64,000 nt of DNA from Thermoleophilia bacterium (GTDB taxonomy: Bacteria; Actinomycetota; Thermoleophilia; UBA2241): assembly GCA_052139595.1 (NCBI GenBank), contig JBKQWK010000216.1, forward strand, positions 327-64,326. The letters run 5' to 3'. Below, piece by piece: positions 17,840 to 28,023 of this stretch. How positions within the stretch are numbered: position 1 is the first letter of the stretch; each line of letters starts with the position of its first letter. The notes below the pieces were generated by a model. The model was given only the letters and a program-made list of their open reading frames with translations, was not told the origin of the DNA and ran no database searches. Made by a program: the position numbers and the translations under genes.

Positions 17840-18421
17840 ATGTCTAGGGCCGACAATGAAGTCGTGATCCTGGACGGGGAACAAATGAGCCGTACGCTCA
17901 CACGGATCGCTCATGAAATCCTCGAGAAGAACGCCCCCGACTCCACCCTCGCCGTAGTCGGCATTCATACGCGCGGTGCCTACCTCGGACGACGCCTGCA
18001 CCGTCTGCTCAGTGATCTCAGCGCCAGCGAGGTGCCGCTCGGCGAGATCGACATCAGCTTCTACCGCGACGATATCGCCGCCCGCGGGGCGACGGGAGTC
18101 ATCCCGAAAACGCTGCAGCCGGTCGTCAAAGACACCGACCTGCCATTCGACCTCACAGGTATGACGGTGATCCTGGTTGACGATGTGCTGTACACGGGGC
18201 GAACGATCCGGGCAGCTATCGATGCCCTCTTCGACTTCGGTCGACCGACGCGTATTCAACTCGCCGTGCTGGTCGACCGCGGCCACCGCGACCTGCCAAT
18301 CCGACCGGACTACGTCGGCAAGAACCTGCCCACGGCCTTGCACGAACGCATCAATGTGCGTGTGCAGGAATGCGATGGCGTTGACGAAGTCGTGCTCGTG
18401 CGGGCGCGGGAAGGTGAGTGA
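17840..18421 (+). CDS. pyrR: bifunctional pyr operon regulator / uracil phosphoribosyltransferase PyrR
   Basis: PRTase motif VILVDDVLYTGRTIRAA; first gene of the pyr operon. Confidence 0.92.
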   Translation: MSRADNEVVILDGEQMSRTLTRIAHEILEKNAPDSTLAVVGIHTRGAYLGRRLHRLLSDLSASEVPLGEIDISFYRDDIAARGATGVIPKTLQPVVKDTDLPFDLTGMTVILVDDVLYTGRTIRAAIDALFDFGRPTRIQLAVLVDRGHRDLPIRPDYVGKNLPTALHERINVRVQECDGVDEVVLVRAREGE

Positions 18422-19365
18422 TCATGGCCAAGCGTGACCTGATATCAATTGAAGATCTCTCGCGGTCCGATGTTGAGTTGCTCCTCGACACCGCCGAGAG
18501 CTTTCTGCCGGTTTTGCAGCGCGACATCAAGAAAGTGCCGACGTTGCGCGGCCGTACCGTCGTCAATCTCTTTTGGGAGTCGTCGACGCGCACTTCTTCG
18601 AGCTTCGATCTGGCGGCCAAACGGCTCTCCGCGGACACTCTTGCGCTGAAGTCATCGGGATCAGCGATCGAGAAAGGCGAAACGCTGAAAGACACGACGA
18701 TCACCCTGTCGGCCTACTCGCCTGACATCATCGTCTTGCGTCATCCTTCGGCCGGCGCCTGCCAGATCGTCTCGGCCAACACGGCGGCGAGTGTTATCAA
18801 CGCCGGTGACGGCAAGCACCAGCACCCAACACAGTGCTTGCTCGATCTCTTCAGCTTGCGCCAGAATCTCGGCCGCAACCTCCAGGGTCTGCGTGTGTTC
18901 ATCGTTGGCGATATTCTGCATAGCCGCGTGGCGCGCAGCGACATTATGGGTTTTAAGCTGCTCGGCATGGACGTCACTCTGGTGGCGCCGCCGACGCTCA
19001 TGCCGCGCGACATCGAGCAAATGGGCGTCACGGTCGAGTACGACCTCGCCAACATCAAGCAGGCCGATGTTATCTACCTGCTGCGCATTCAAAAGGAGCG
19101 CATCAAGGCCGGCGCCAACTACCTGCCTTCGCTACGCGAATACTCGCAATTGTACGGGATTACCGCAGGGCGGCTGCGGCCCGGACAGCGCGTCATGCAT
19201 CCGGGACCAATCAACCGTGGCGTCGAGATCGCCGCCGAGGTCGCCGACGACGACGAGAACCTCATCGCCGACCAGGTCTTCAGTGGCTTGGCGGTGCGCA
19301 TGGCCATTCTGTATCGCACCATCGTCGGCTACAGCGACGGTGCCGCCAGTGGGGAGGTGCTCTGA
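18418..19365 (+). CDS. pyrB: aspartate carbamoyltransferase catalytic subunit
   Basis: STRTR motif (WESSTRTSSSF), HPGP, LLD motifs. Confidence 0.92.
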   Translation: MIMAKRDLISIEDLSRSDVELLLDTAESFLPVLQRDIKKVPTLRGRTVVNLFWESSTRTSSSFDLAAKRLSADTLALKSSGSAIEKGETLKDTTITLSAYSPDIIVLRHPSAGACQIVSANTAASVINAGDGKHQHPTQCLLDLFSLRQNLGRNLQGLRVFIVGDILHSRVARSDIMGFKLLGMDVTLVAPPTLMPRDIEQMGVTVEYDLANIKQADVIYLLRIQKERIKAGANYLPSLREYSQLYGITAGRLRPGQRVMHPGPINRGVEIAAEVADDDENLIADQVFSGLAVRMAILYRTIVGYSDGAASGEVL

Positions 19366-20681
19366 TGGAGCGCACGTGGAGCAAACACCTGCCGGCGGTC
19401 GAGATGCTGTTCAGGGGGGGCCGCGTTGTGGACCCGGCGGCCGGCATCGACAAGGTCTGCGACGTGCTGCTGCGCAAAGGCAAGGTTGCCGAGGTCGGCG
19501 AGCATCTGGTCGCCGCAAAGGGAACCCGGGAGGTCGACGCCGCCGGCATGCTCGTCATGCCGGGCTTCGTCGACCTGCATGCCCATCTGCGCACTCCCGG
19601 ACGTGAAGACGAAGAAGATATTGCCAGCGGCTCGCTGGCAGCTGCCGCCGGTGGCTTCGTGACGGTCTTCGCCATGGCCAACACCGACCCGACCGTCGAC
19701 ACGGCGAGCGTGTTGCGCGGCCTTGTCGAAACAGCACGCGCTGAAGCGGTCGTGCCGGTGGGCTTCTTTGCCGCCGTCACGCGCGGCTTGCAAGGCGAGC
19801 AACTGACCGAGATGGGCGAATTGAGTGCAGCCGGCGCTGTAGCCTTCAGCGACGATGGCCACCCACTGGCAACAGCGGCCCTCACGCGTCGCGCTCTGCA
19901 GTATGTCAAGGTCAGCGGCCGCTACATCGCCATTCACGCCCAGGACGACTCGCTCATGACCGGCGGACAGATGCACGAGGGCGCCGTGTCGGCTCGTCTC
20001 GGCCTCGCCGGGATCCCGGACCTGTGCGAGAGCCTCGACGTGGCGCGAGCACTCGACATCGCCGCCTATGAGGGTGCGCGCGTGCACATCTGTCATGTCA
20101 GCGCCGCTGCTTCACTGGCAGCCATCGAGCGTGCCAAGGCCGCCGGCGTAGCCGTTACGGCCGAGGCCACACCGCATCACCTGACGCTCACCGACAGCAC
20201 CGTCGAGACGCTGTCTGCCAACTTCAAGATGAATCCGCCGCTGCGGCCCGAGAGCGATCGCGCCGCCCTGGTGGCGGCGCTGAAGAGCGGCATCATCGAT
20301 TGTGTTGCCACCGACCATGCACCACATGCGGCCGAAGAAAACGACGTACCTTTCGAAGAGGCCCCCTTTGGCATCGTCGGTCTTGAGACTGCCTTCAGCG
20401 TCCTGTACTCGGAGCTTGTCGGTAGTGAGGCGCTTGATTTGCCGACGCTGATCACGCGCATGAGCGCCGCCCCGGCGCGCATCGCCGGTATCGCCGTGCC
20501 GACCATCGCCCCTGGTGCAGTGGCCAATCTCTGTGTCGTCGACCCGCGGCGTCAGTGGACGGTAACGGCGCAGAGCCTGCAGTCCCGATCATTCAACTCG
20601 GCCTGGCTGGGCCGCGAGCTGACCGCCCGCGTCATGTTCACGGTTGCTGCCGGTCACCTCGCCTGGGAGGCCGATGCCTGA
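19365..20681 (+). CDS. pyrC: dihydroorotase
   Basis: Amidohydrolase motifs DLHAHLRTPG and the DHAPH family signature (VATDHAPH). Confidence 0.9.
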   Translation: MERTWSKHLPAVEMLFRGGRVVDPAAGIDKVCDVLLRKGKVAEVGEHLVAAKGTREVDAAGMLVMPGFVDLHAHLRTPGREDEEDIASGSLAAAAGGFVTVFAMANTDPTVDTASVLRGLVETARAEAVVPVGFFAAVTRGLQGEQLTEMGELSAAGAVAFSDDGHPLATAALTRRALQYVKVSGRYIAIHAQDDSLMTGGQMHEGAVSARLGLAGIPDLCESLDVARALDIAAYEGARVHICHVSAAASLAAIERAKAAGVAVTAEATPHHLTLTDSTVETLSANFKMNPPLRPESDRAALVAALKSGIIDCVATDHAPHAAEENDVPFEEAPFGIVGLETAFSVLYSELVGSEALDLPTLITRMSAAPARIAGIAVPTIAPGAVANLCVVDPRRQWTVTAQSLQSRSFNSAWLGRELTARVMFTVAAGHLAWEADA

Positions 20682-21804
20682 GCGTGCCCTCATCGTCCTT
20701 GAAGACGGCGCTGTCTTCGCCGGCGAGGCTCTCGCCGGCGCGGGCAGCGCCGGCGGCGAACTCGTTTTCAACACCAGCATGACTGGCTATCAGGAGATCG
20801 CCACCGATCCCTCGTATGCCGGCCAGCTCATCGTCTACACGTTCCCCATGAACGGCAACTACGGCTGTGACCCGCGGCGTGATGAGTCGGACCAGGCCCA
20901 GGCGCGTGCCATCGTTGCCCGCGAGATCACCAACTATCGTTTCAATCACGACTCATCGTCGACCTGGCTAGACTGGCTGAGCGAGCACAACGTGCTTGCC
21001 GTGAGCGGGGTTGACACCCGCGCCCTGACACGGCATATCCGCGACCAGGGAGCCCTGCGGGCCGTGATCAGCACAGAAACGGAGGACGTGGCCGCGCTGC
21101 GTAAAGCCGCTCAGCGGCTGCCGCGCATGGCCGGCCTCGATCTGACCAAGAGCATCACCTGCTCGGCGCCCTACACCAGCCCGGCAACAGCGGCCGGTTC
21201 GCCGACTTTTGCCGGGCAGGGTGTGCCGGCCCTCAATGTTGTCGCCTATGATTTTGGCATCAAGCGCAGCATGATCCGCTATCTCAACGAGCAGGAGTTC
21301 AACGTTACCGTGGTGCCGGCGGGTACGAGCGCGCGTGAGGTGTTGCGCTTGGCGCCGGACGGCGTTTTTCTCAGTAACGGGCCCGGCGACCCGGCCGCCG
21401 TCATGTATGGCGTCAAGGCGGTGAATCGGCTGCTCGGCAAGGTGCCCATCTTTGGCATCTGCCTCGGCCATCAGCTGCTGGCTCTGGCACTCGGCATGAG
21501 CACCTACAAACTCAAGTTCGGCCACCGCGGCGCGAATCATCCCGTCAAGGACCTGCGCACGGGCATTGTCGAGATCACGACCCAGAATCACGGCTTCGCC
21601 GTCAAGGACGAAGGCGGTGCCCGCGACGGCACCGAAATCACTCACGTCAATCTTGACGACCAGACCGTCGAGGGCCTCGCCTGTCCGTCGTTGTTCGCGT
21701 TTTCCGTGCAGTATCACCCAGAATCAACGCCCGGGCCACATGACTCACTCTACCTGTTCGAGCGTTTCCGTACTGAGATCGCCCGCTTCAAGGAGCGTGG
21801 TTAG
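20674..21804 (+). CDS. carA: carbamoyl-phosphate synthase small (glutaminase) subunit
   Basis: GATase motif GICLGHQLLALA; start taken at ATG MPERALIVLEDG. Confidence 0.9.
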   Translation: MPERALIVLEDGAVFAGEALAGAGSAGGELVFNTSMTGYQEIATDPSYAGQLIVYTFPMNGNYGCDPRRDESDQAQARAIVAREITNYRFNHDSSSTWLDWLSEHNVLAVSGVDTRALTRHIRDQGALRAVISTETEDVAALRKAAQRLPRMAGLDLTKSITCSAPYTSPATAAGSPTFAGQGVPALNVVAYDFGIKRSMIRYLNEQEFNVTVVPAGTSAREVLRLAPDGVFLSNGPGDPAAVMYGVKAVNRLLGKVPIFGICLGHQLLALALGMSTYKLKFGHRGANHPVKDLRTGIVEITTQNHGFAVKDEGGARDGTEITHVNLDDQTVEGLACPSLFAFSVQYHPESTPGPHDSLYLFERFRTEIARFKERG

Positions 21805-24800
21805 ATGCCACGCCGCACAGACATCAAGAAGATTCTCATCATCGGCTCGGGACCGATCGTCATCGGCCAGGCCTGTGAATTCGATTATTCCGGCACGCAG
21901 GCCTGCAAGGTGCTGCTCGACGACGGTTTTGAGGTCGTGCTCGTCAACAGCAACCCAGCCACGATCATGACCGATCCGGACTTCGCCACGCGCACCTATA
22001 TCGAGCCCCTTGACGTTGCCACCCTGACGCGCATCATCGAGATTGAGCGTCCCGACGCCCTTCTGCCGACGCTTGGCGGTCAGACGGCCCTGAACCTGGC
22101 GATGCAGCTCCACCAGAGTGGCGTGCTTGCCCTCTGGGAAGTCGAAATGATCGGCGCCGATGCCGAAGCGATCGCGCGCGCCGAGGACCGCGAACTCTTT
22201 CGCACAGCCATGGAAGAACTCGGTCTGCGAGTGCCACGCAGCGCTCTGGCGCGCACGCTCGCCGAGGCCGAGGCCGCCGTCGGCGACCTCGGCCTGCCGC
22301 TCGTCGTGCGTCCCGCTTACACGCTGGGCGGCAGCGGTGGTGGTATTGCCCACGATCGCGAGAGCTTGCGCCGCATAGCGGGTCAGGGTCTGCGCCAGAG
22401 CCCGATCAACCAGGTCCTGCTCGAAGAATCGGTCGCCGGCTGGTACGAATACGAACTCGAGGTCATGCGCGACACGGCCGACAACGTCGTCGTCATCTGC
22501 TCGATCGAGAACATTGACCCCATGGGCGTTCACACCGGTGATTCGGTGACGGTCGCCCCGGCGCTGACGCTGACGGACCCGCAGTACCAGATGCTGCGCG
22601 ATGCTGCCAAGGCGATTATTCGCAAGATCGGTGTCGACACCGGTGGCAGCAACGTGCAGTTTGCCGTCAACCCCGCCAACGGCGACATGGTCGTCATCGA
22701 GATGAATCCGCGGGTCAGTCGCAGCTCGGCGCTGGCGAGCAAAGCAACCGGTTTTCCCATCGCCAAGATTGCTGCCAAGCTGGCGGTGGGCTACACGCTG
22801 GACGAGGTTCCCAACGACATCACGCGCAAGACGCCGGCGTCGTTCGAACCGACACTTGACTATGTGGTCACCAAGATGCCCCGCTGGGCGTTCGAGAAGT
22901 TCCCCCTGGCTGACCGCGAGCTGACCACACACATGAAGAGCGTCGGCGAAGCGATGGCCATCGGACGTACGTTCAAGGAGTCGTTCCAAAAAGCCATGCG
23001 CTCACGTGAGCTCGATACACTGCCCGATCTGCCAGTCGACAAGCAGGCGATCCTCAAGGCGCTGGCGATTCCCACCTGCGAGCGCTATGAACTGATTTTG
23101 CATGGCTTTCGTAGTGGCCTCACGGTCGACGACGTACACCGTGTGACTGGCGTGAGCGAGTTCTTCCTCAGCGAACTGCACGACATCGTCGAACTCGAAG
23201 CCGAGGCGCGCACGGCGCCGCAGCTGACGGCGCCCCTGCTGCGCCGTCTCAAGCGCTACGGCTTCAGCGATGCGCGCCTCGGAGAACTCACTGGCAAGAC
23301 TGAGCGCGAGGTGCGCGCTGCGCGCCTCGAGGCGGGTGTGGTCCCGGTGTACAAGGCGGTCGACACCTGCGCCGCCGAGTTCGCCGCCGAAACACCGTAC
23401 TTCTACTCGACCTATGAAGACGAAAACGAGGCCCAGCGGGGCAAGCGTGAGCGGATCATCATTCTCGGCAGCGGGCCAAACCGCATTGGTCAGGGCATCG
23501 AGTTTGATTACTGTTGTGTACACGCCGCCATGACGGTGCGCGAGCATGGCTATGACGCCGTTATGATCAACTGTAATCCAGAGACGGTTTCGACCGACTA
23601 CGACACCAGCGACCGTCTCTACTTCGAGCCGCTGACGCTGGAAGACGTCGGCAACGCGGTTGCCAACGAGAAGCCGACCGGCGTTATCCTGCAGTTCGGC
23701 GGTCAGACGCCGTTGAAGCTGGCGGCCGACTTGGCCGCCGCCGGCGTGCCGTTGCTCGGCACGCCGCATACGGCGATCCACCTCGCCGAAGACCGTGGCA
23801 GTTTCGGCGCTCTGCTCACCGAACTCGGTATTCGCTGCCCAGCGTACGGTATCGCCACCAGTATCGCCGAGGCGTTACTCATCGGTGACCGACTCAGTTT
23901 TCCACTGCTTGTGCGACCGTCCTTCGTCCTCGGTGGGCGCGCCATGCAGATCGTCTATGACGCCGACGAGCTGGCGCACTACATGCAGACCGCGGTCAGC
24001 GCCAGCCCCGATCACCCCGTGCTCATCGACAAGTTTCTTGAAGACGCGATCGAGGTGGACGTCGATGCCGTCTGCGATGGGGAAGAGGTCTACGTCGGCG
24101 CCATCATGCAGCACGTTGAGGAGGCCGGCGTTCACTCCGGCGATTCGAGCTGTGTCATCCCCTCGATCTCGCTCGGTGAAGGCACGCTTGAACAGGTGCG
24201 TCGGCAGACAACGCAGCTTGCTCTCGCTTTGGGGGTAAAAGGTCTGCTGAATGTGCAGTTCGCCTATCAGAACTACGAGCTGTTCGTCCTTGAAGTGAAC
24301 CCGCGCGGCTCGCGCACGGTGCCATTTGTCAGTAAGGCAACTGGAGTGCAGCTCGCCAAGCTAGCCACTCGCGTCGTACTCGGCGAAAAGCTCGCCGCTA
24401 TCAAGCCGCCCCGCCGAGTACCCGAACACGTCAGCGTGAAAGAAGCGGTTCTGCCCTTCGCCCGCTTTCCCGATGCTGATTCACGCCTGGGGCCAGAGAT
24501 GAAGTCGACCGGCGAAGTGATGGGCATCGGCGATACCTTCCCGGTTGCGTTCGGCAAAGCGCAGGTTGCCAGCGGCAACCCTCTACCTCTTGAAGGAACC
24601 GTGTTCCTCAGTGTCTGCGATAGCGACAAGTCGGCGGTGACGATCCTCGGACAACGGCTCAGGAGTCTGGGCTTCGATCTCTGCGCCACACGGGGAACAG
24701 CGCATGCCTTGCGGAGCCTGGGTGTGGCCGCCCGCGAGGTCAACAAGGTCAGTGAGGGCGCACCGCACATCGTCGACCTGATCGAACAGGGCGAGATCGT

Positions 24801-25008
24801 CTTCGTCGTCAACACGCCCTACGGCCGCGGCGCACGCTCCGACGGTCACGAGATTCGTCAGGCAGCTCTGCAGCGTGGTATCCCTTGCATCACCACGCTC
24901 GCCGGTGCTTCAGCCGCCGTCTCGGCGATCGAGGCTGCGCAGCGTCCGCGGGTGACGGTGCGCTGCCTCCAGGACCTGCACGCCGATATCGGCAAAACAC
25001 CGTCGTGA
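21805..25008 (+). CDS. carB: carbamoyl-phosphate synthase large subunit
   Basis: 1067 aa with two ATP-grasp halves ([24 protein letters not shown]...; [24 protein letters not shown]) and an MGS-like C-terminal domain. Confidence 0.95.
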   Translation: MPRRTDIKKILIIGSGPIVIGQACEFDYSGTQACKVLLDDGFEVVLVNSNPATIMTDPDFATRTYIEPLDVATLTRIIEIERPDALLPTLGGQTALNLAMQLHQSGVLALWEVEMIGADAEAIARAEDRELFRTAMEELGLRVPRSALARTLAEAEAAVGDLGLPLVVRPAYTLGGSGGGIAHDRESLRRIAGQGLRQSPINQVLLEESVAGWYEYELEVMRDTADNVVVICSIENIDPMGVHTGDSVTVAPALTLTDPQYQMLRDAAKAIIRKIGVDTGGSNVQFAVNPANGDMVVIEMNPRVSRSSALASKATGFPIAKIAAKLAVGYTLDEVPNDITRKTPASFEPTLDYVVTKMPRWAFEKFPLADRELTTHMKSVGEAMAIGRTFKESFQKAMRSRELDTLPDLPVDKQAILKALAIPTCERYELILHGFRSGLTVDDVHRVTGVSEFFLSELHDIVELEAEARTAPQLTAPLLRRLKRYGFSDARLGELTGKTEREVRAARLEAGVVPVYKAVDTCAAEFAAETPYFYSTYEDENEAQRGKRERIIILGSGPNRIGQGIEFDYCCVHAAMTVREHGYDAVMINCNPETVSTDYDTSDRLYFEPLTLEDVGNAVANEKPTGVILQFGGQTPLKLAADLAAAGVPLLGTPHTAIHLAEDRGSFGALLTELGIRCPAYGIATSIAEALLIGDRLSFPLLVRPSFVLGGRAMQIVYDADELAHYMQTAVSASPDHPVLIDKFLEDAIEVDVDAVCDGEEVYVGAIMQHVEEAGVHSGDSSCVIPSISLGEGTLEQVRRQTTQLALALGVKGLLNVQFAYQNYELFVLEVNPRGSRTVPFVSKATGVQLAKLATRVVLGEKLAAIKPPRRVPEHVSVKEAVLPFARFPDADSRLGPEMKSTGEVMGIGDTFPVAFGKAQVASGNPLPLEGTVFLSVCDSDKSAVTILGQRLRSLGFDLCATRGTAHALRSLGVAAREVNKVSEGAPHIVDLIEQGEIVFVVNTPYGRGARSDGHEIRQAALQRGIPCITTLAGASAAVSAIEAAQRPRVTVRCLQDLHADIGKTPS

Positions 25009-25790
25009 GCACCTTGCCTCAGAGTCATGAACAGCATGAGTTGGCCGTAAGCCGCGACTTCCGTGTCTGTAGTGTGCGTCATTATGGCGCCTTCGCTGCC
25101 GTATCTCTCATTGCCGCAGAACTGGCGCATCGCTGCACACCCGGCCAGTTCGTGATGGTCGCCGTACCGGGCGGCGGCGCGCTGTTGCGCCGCCCGCTCT
25201 CGCTGTACCGGATCGACGGCGATGTCGTCAGCCTGCTCATCGAGGCGCGCGGCGCCGGCAGCGCGCGCCTGACTGCCGTCGAGGTAGGAGACTGGCTCGC
25301 CGTTGCCGGCCCACTGGGCCATGGTTTTGATTTCACTGGAGTAACCGATGCCTTGCTCGTCGGCGGAGGCATCGGTACGGCACCGCTGCAGTACTTGGCC
25401 GATGTCATGGTCGTCGCTGGCGTCAGCGTCAGTGCCGCCTTCGGATTTCGCGATCATCGACAAGCTCGACTTGCCGGCGCGTTCACGATCGCCAACCTGA
25501 GCGCTGCTAGCGAAGATGGCGTCGTCGGCCGGCGCGGCACGGTCCTTGACCTGCTCAACGAGCAGGCGATTCGGCCGCAGACCACACTCTTTGCCTGCGG
25601 CCCGTCGGCGATGATCGCGGCCGTACAGACCTGGGCGGCCGAGCGCGGCTTGCGCGGCCAGGCATCGCTCGAAGCGCACATGGCTTGTGGTAGCGGGTCC
25701 TGTCACGGCTGCGTCGTCGCCACGAACGCCGGCTTGCTTCGCGTCTGTAGCGAAGGGCCCGTCTTCGCCCTCGATAGCGTGGTGATCTGA
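25005..25790 (+). CDS. pyrK: dihydroorotate dehydrogenase electron-transfer subunit (PyrK)
   Basis: FAD/NAD-binding ferredoxin-reductase fold with C-terminal Cys cluster [11 protein letters not shown]; GTG start overlaps the carB stop. Confidence 0.85.
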   Translation: MSTLPQSHEQHELAVSRDFRVCSVRHYGAFAAVSLIAAELAHRCTPGQFVMVAVPGGGALLRRPLSLYRIDGDVVSLLIEARGAGSARLTAVEVGDWLAVAGPLGHGFDFTGVTDALLVGGGIGTAPLQYLADVMVVAGVSVSAAFGFRDHRQARLAGAFTIANLSAASEDGVVGRRGTVLDLLNEQAIRPQTTLFACGPSAMIAAVQTWAAERGLRGQASLEAHMACGSGSCHGCVVATNAGLLRVCSEGPVFALDSVVI

Positions 25791-26767
25791 TGGGCGACGC
25801 TTTTTCGCCGGCAGAACCGCCCGTCGATCTCAGCGTCGAGCTTGGCTCGATCCACCTCGAACATCCGCTTCTCGATGCTTCGGGAACCTATGATCTTCTG
25901 GCGATGGCAGCGCACTATGCTGGCGACTTCGTCCGCGACTTTCCTTTTGCCGCCTACGTGCCTAAAACGGTGACCATCGACGTTCGTTTGGGTAACCCGC
26001 CGCCGCGAGTCGCAGAAACGGCGAGCGGCATGGTCAACGCAATCGGTTTGGCCAACCCGGGCCTCGAAGTCTTCATCAGTACGCTACCCGCACTTGCGTC
26101 TCTGCGAGCACCAGTCATCGTCAGTGTGGGTGGACGCACGACGCACGACTACGTCGCCGTGGTGCGTCGCCTCGAGGAGCACCTGGCCACCAGCCTGCCG
26201 GGCAACGCACCGGACATCGTCGGCTACGAACTCAACGTCAGTTGCCCCAACGTGCGTCACGGTGGCGTGACGATCGGCACGGATGAACGGGAAACGGCGA
26301 GTCTCGTTGCTGCCGTGCGACCTTTGACGACGCGATTTCTCATCACGAAGCTCACGCCCAATGTTACGAGTGTGGTCGCCTTTGCCCTGGCTGCCGTCGC
26401 TGCCGGCAGCGACGGTCTGTCGCTCATCAATACCCTTAGGGCCTTGGTTCTCGATCCGCAGACGCTGAAGCCGTTTCTCGGCAATCGCACCGGCGGCCTT
26501 TCCGGCCCGGCGATCAAACCGGTGGCATTGCGCATGGTCAGCGAAGTTGCCGCCGCGGTCGATGTACCGATCATCGGCATGGGCGGTATACGGACCGGGC
26601 TTGATGCACTTGAGTTCGTAGCCTGCGGCGCTACCGCTGTAGCTATTGGCGCCGCCAACTTTGCCGACATTGCCGCTGCCGAGCACATTCGCGCCGAACT
26701 GGCCGTCGAGCTGGCTGCGCGGGGTTACATCAGTCTGGAGGCCGCACGCGGTTGCGCCCTCGCCTGA
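25790..26767 (+). CDS. pyrD: dihydroorotate dehydrogenase (class 1B) catalytic subunit
   Basis: LDASGTYD, ELNVSCPN and GGI motifs; follows pyrK. Confidence 0.9.
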   Translation: MGDAFSPAEPPVDLSVELGSIHLEHPLLDASGTYDLLAMAAHYAGDFVRDFPFAAYVPKTVTIDVRLGNPPPRVAETASGMVNAIGLANPGLEVFISTLPALASLRAPVIVSVGGRTTHDYVAVVRRLEEHLATSLPGNAPDIVGYELNVSCPNVRHGGVTIGTDERETASLVAAVRPLTTRFLITKLTPNVTSVVAFALAAVAAGSDGLSLINTLRALVLDPQTLKPFLGNRTGGLSGPAIKPVALRMVSEVAAAVDVPIIGMGGIRTGLDALEFVACGATAVAIGAANFADIAAAEHIRAELAVELAARGYISLEAARGCALA

Positions 26768-26828
26768 GGCAAGAGCGGCCAGCGACAAAACTGCCGCACC
26801 GGACGGCGTTTTCGCGGCATGGCAGTAG

Positions 26829-26858
26829 TTGAACTGGCGTGAAAGCTTCGGCTATACT
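26829..26858 (+). promoter_or_regulatory. candidate promoter TTGAAC-18-TATACT giving a leaderless (or very short leader) mihF transcript
   Basis: -35 at 26829-26834 and -10 at 26853-26858; the mihF ATG at 26867 lies 8 nt after the -10, so the predicted TSS falls at or within 1-2 nt of the start codon. Confidence 0.45.
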
Positions 26859-26866
26859 TGCTGCCG

Positions 26867-27199
26867 ATGTCGCTCCCTACCAAGCAATTCAACACCGCCC
26901 CAACGCGCTCGCTCAATCAGCGCATGGATGCGCTCACGCGCGCTAACCACGTGCGCACCCAGCGCGCGGCCCTCAAAGCCGATCTCAAACGCGGAGCCGT
27001 CAATATCCGTGGCGTTCTCGCTTCACCGCCAGACTACCTGCTCACTGCCAAGGTGATCGACGTGCTCATGGCAGCACCCAAATGCGGGCGCGTCAAATCC
27101 GCGCGCATCATGGATCTCTGTCGTGTCAGCTCCAGCAAAACGGTTGGCGGTCTCTCCGAGCGCCAGCGCAACGCGTTAATCGGCTACTTCGGCGGCTAG
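26867..27199 (+). CDS. mihF: actinobacterial-type integration host factor mIHF
   Basis: MSLPTKQFNTAPTRSLNQRMDALTRANHVRTQRAALKADLKRGAVNIRGVLAS...GRVKSARIMDL matches the mIHF family. The mihF-gmk-rpoZ-coaBC order is the conserved actinobacterial context. Confidence 0.8.
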   Translation: MSLPTKQFNTAPTRSLNQRMDALTRANHVRTQRAALKADLKRGAVNIRGVLASPPDYLLTAKVIDVLMAAPKCGRVKSARIMDLCRVSSSKTVGGLSERQRNALIGYFGG

Positions 27200-27202
27200 A
27201 CC

Positions 27203-27763
27203 ATCGCTGCGGTCTTCGTCATCTCGGGCCCGTCGGGCGCGGGAAAAGGGACTATCATCGGCCACATTCTCCACTCTCTCGATGGGCTGACGACATCAAT
27301 ATCGGCCACTACGCGGCCGCCGCGGCCGGGTGAGGTCGGCGGAGTGCACTATCACTTTCTCAGCCGGGAAGAGTTTGGCGCGGCGATCGCGAACGGGGAG
27401 TTCCTCGAGTGGGTGGAGTATAGTGGTAATTTCTACGGCACAGTGCGCCGCGAAGTCGAAGAGAAGCTCACGAGCGGGTTCGACGTGATCCTTGAGATTG
27501 AACTCGAAGGCGCGCGCGCAGTCCGTCGCGCGCTTCCCAACGCTGTGCAAGTGTTTATCGCGCCACCAAGTTTTGGCGAGCTGGCGGCCCGTTTGCGCGG
27601 CCGCCAGACTGAGGCTGAGCAAGCGATCTCTTCGCGTTTGCAGATCGCCGAACGTGAGCTGGCGGCCGCGGCCGAGTTTGACTACGTGGTCGTCAACGAT
27701 AGTGCCGAACGTGCTGCTGCTGAAGTAGCAGCGATCATTACAGAACGACGCAAAGGAGCCTAA
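27203..27763 (+). CDS. gmk: guanylate kinase; no canonical start codon, so the annotated start is a guess (AUC at 27203 right after the mihF TAG)
   Basis: Frame 2 immediately after the mihF stop encodes TIAAVFVISGPSGAGKGTI...ISATTRPPRPGEVGGVHYHF (P-loop and GMP-binding motifs). The first ATG/GTG/TTG in frame is GTG at 27344, downstream of both motifs. Confidence 0.8.
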   Translation: MAAVFVISGPSGAGKGTIIGHILHSLDGLTTSISATTRPPRPGEVGGVHYHFLSREEFGAAIANGEFLEWVEYSGNFYGTVRREVEEKLTSGFDVILEIELEGARAVRRALPNAVQVFIAPPSFGELAARLRGRQTEAEQAISSRLQIAERELAAAAEFDYVVVNDSAERAAAEVAAIITERRKGA

Positions 27764-28021
27764 GTGGACCATCCCCGCATCGATGAGCTGCTCGGTCATG
27801 CCGGTAATTCGCGCTACGCGCTGGCGATGATCGCTGCTCACCGCGCTCGCCAGCTGAATAACTATTACAATAGTCTCGGCGAAGGCATCAGCATGAGTGC
27901 CATGGGTCTCGAAACCGAGGAATATACGCCGCCCCTGATCACGACGCGCAGCAAGAATCTACTGACCATCGCCCTGCAGGAGATCGCCGCCGGCAAGATC
28001 GGGTTCGAGCGCGGGGAGTAG
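27764..28021 (+). CDS. rpoZ: DNA-directed RNA polymerase subunit omega
   Basis: MDHPRIDELLGHAGNSRYALAMIAAHRARQL. Confidence 0.88.
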   Translation: MDHPRIDELLGHAGNSRYALAMIAAHRARQLNNYYNSLGEGISMSAMGLETEEYTPPLITTRSKNLLTIALQEIAAGKIGFERGE

Positions 28022-28023
28022 CG

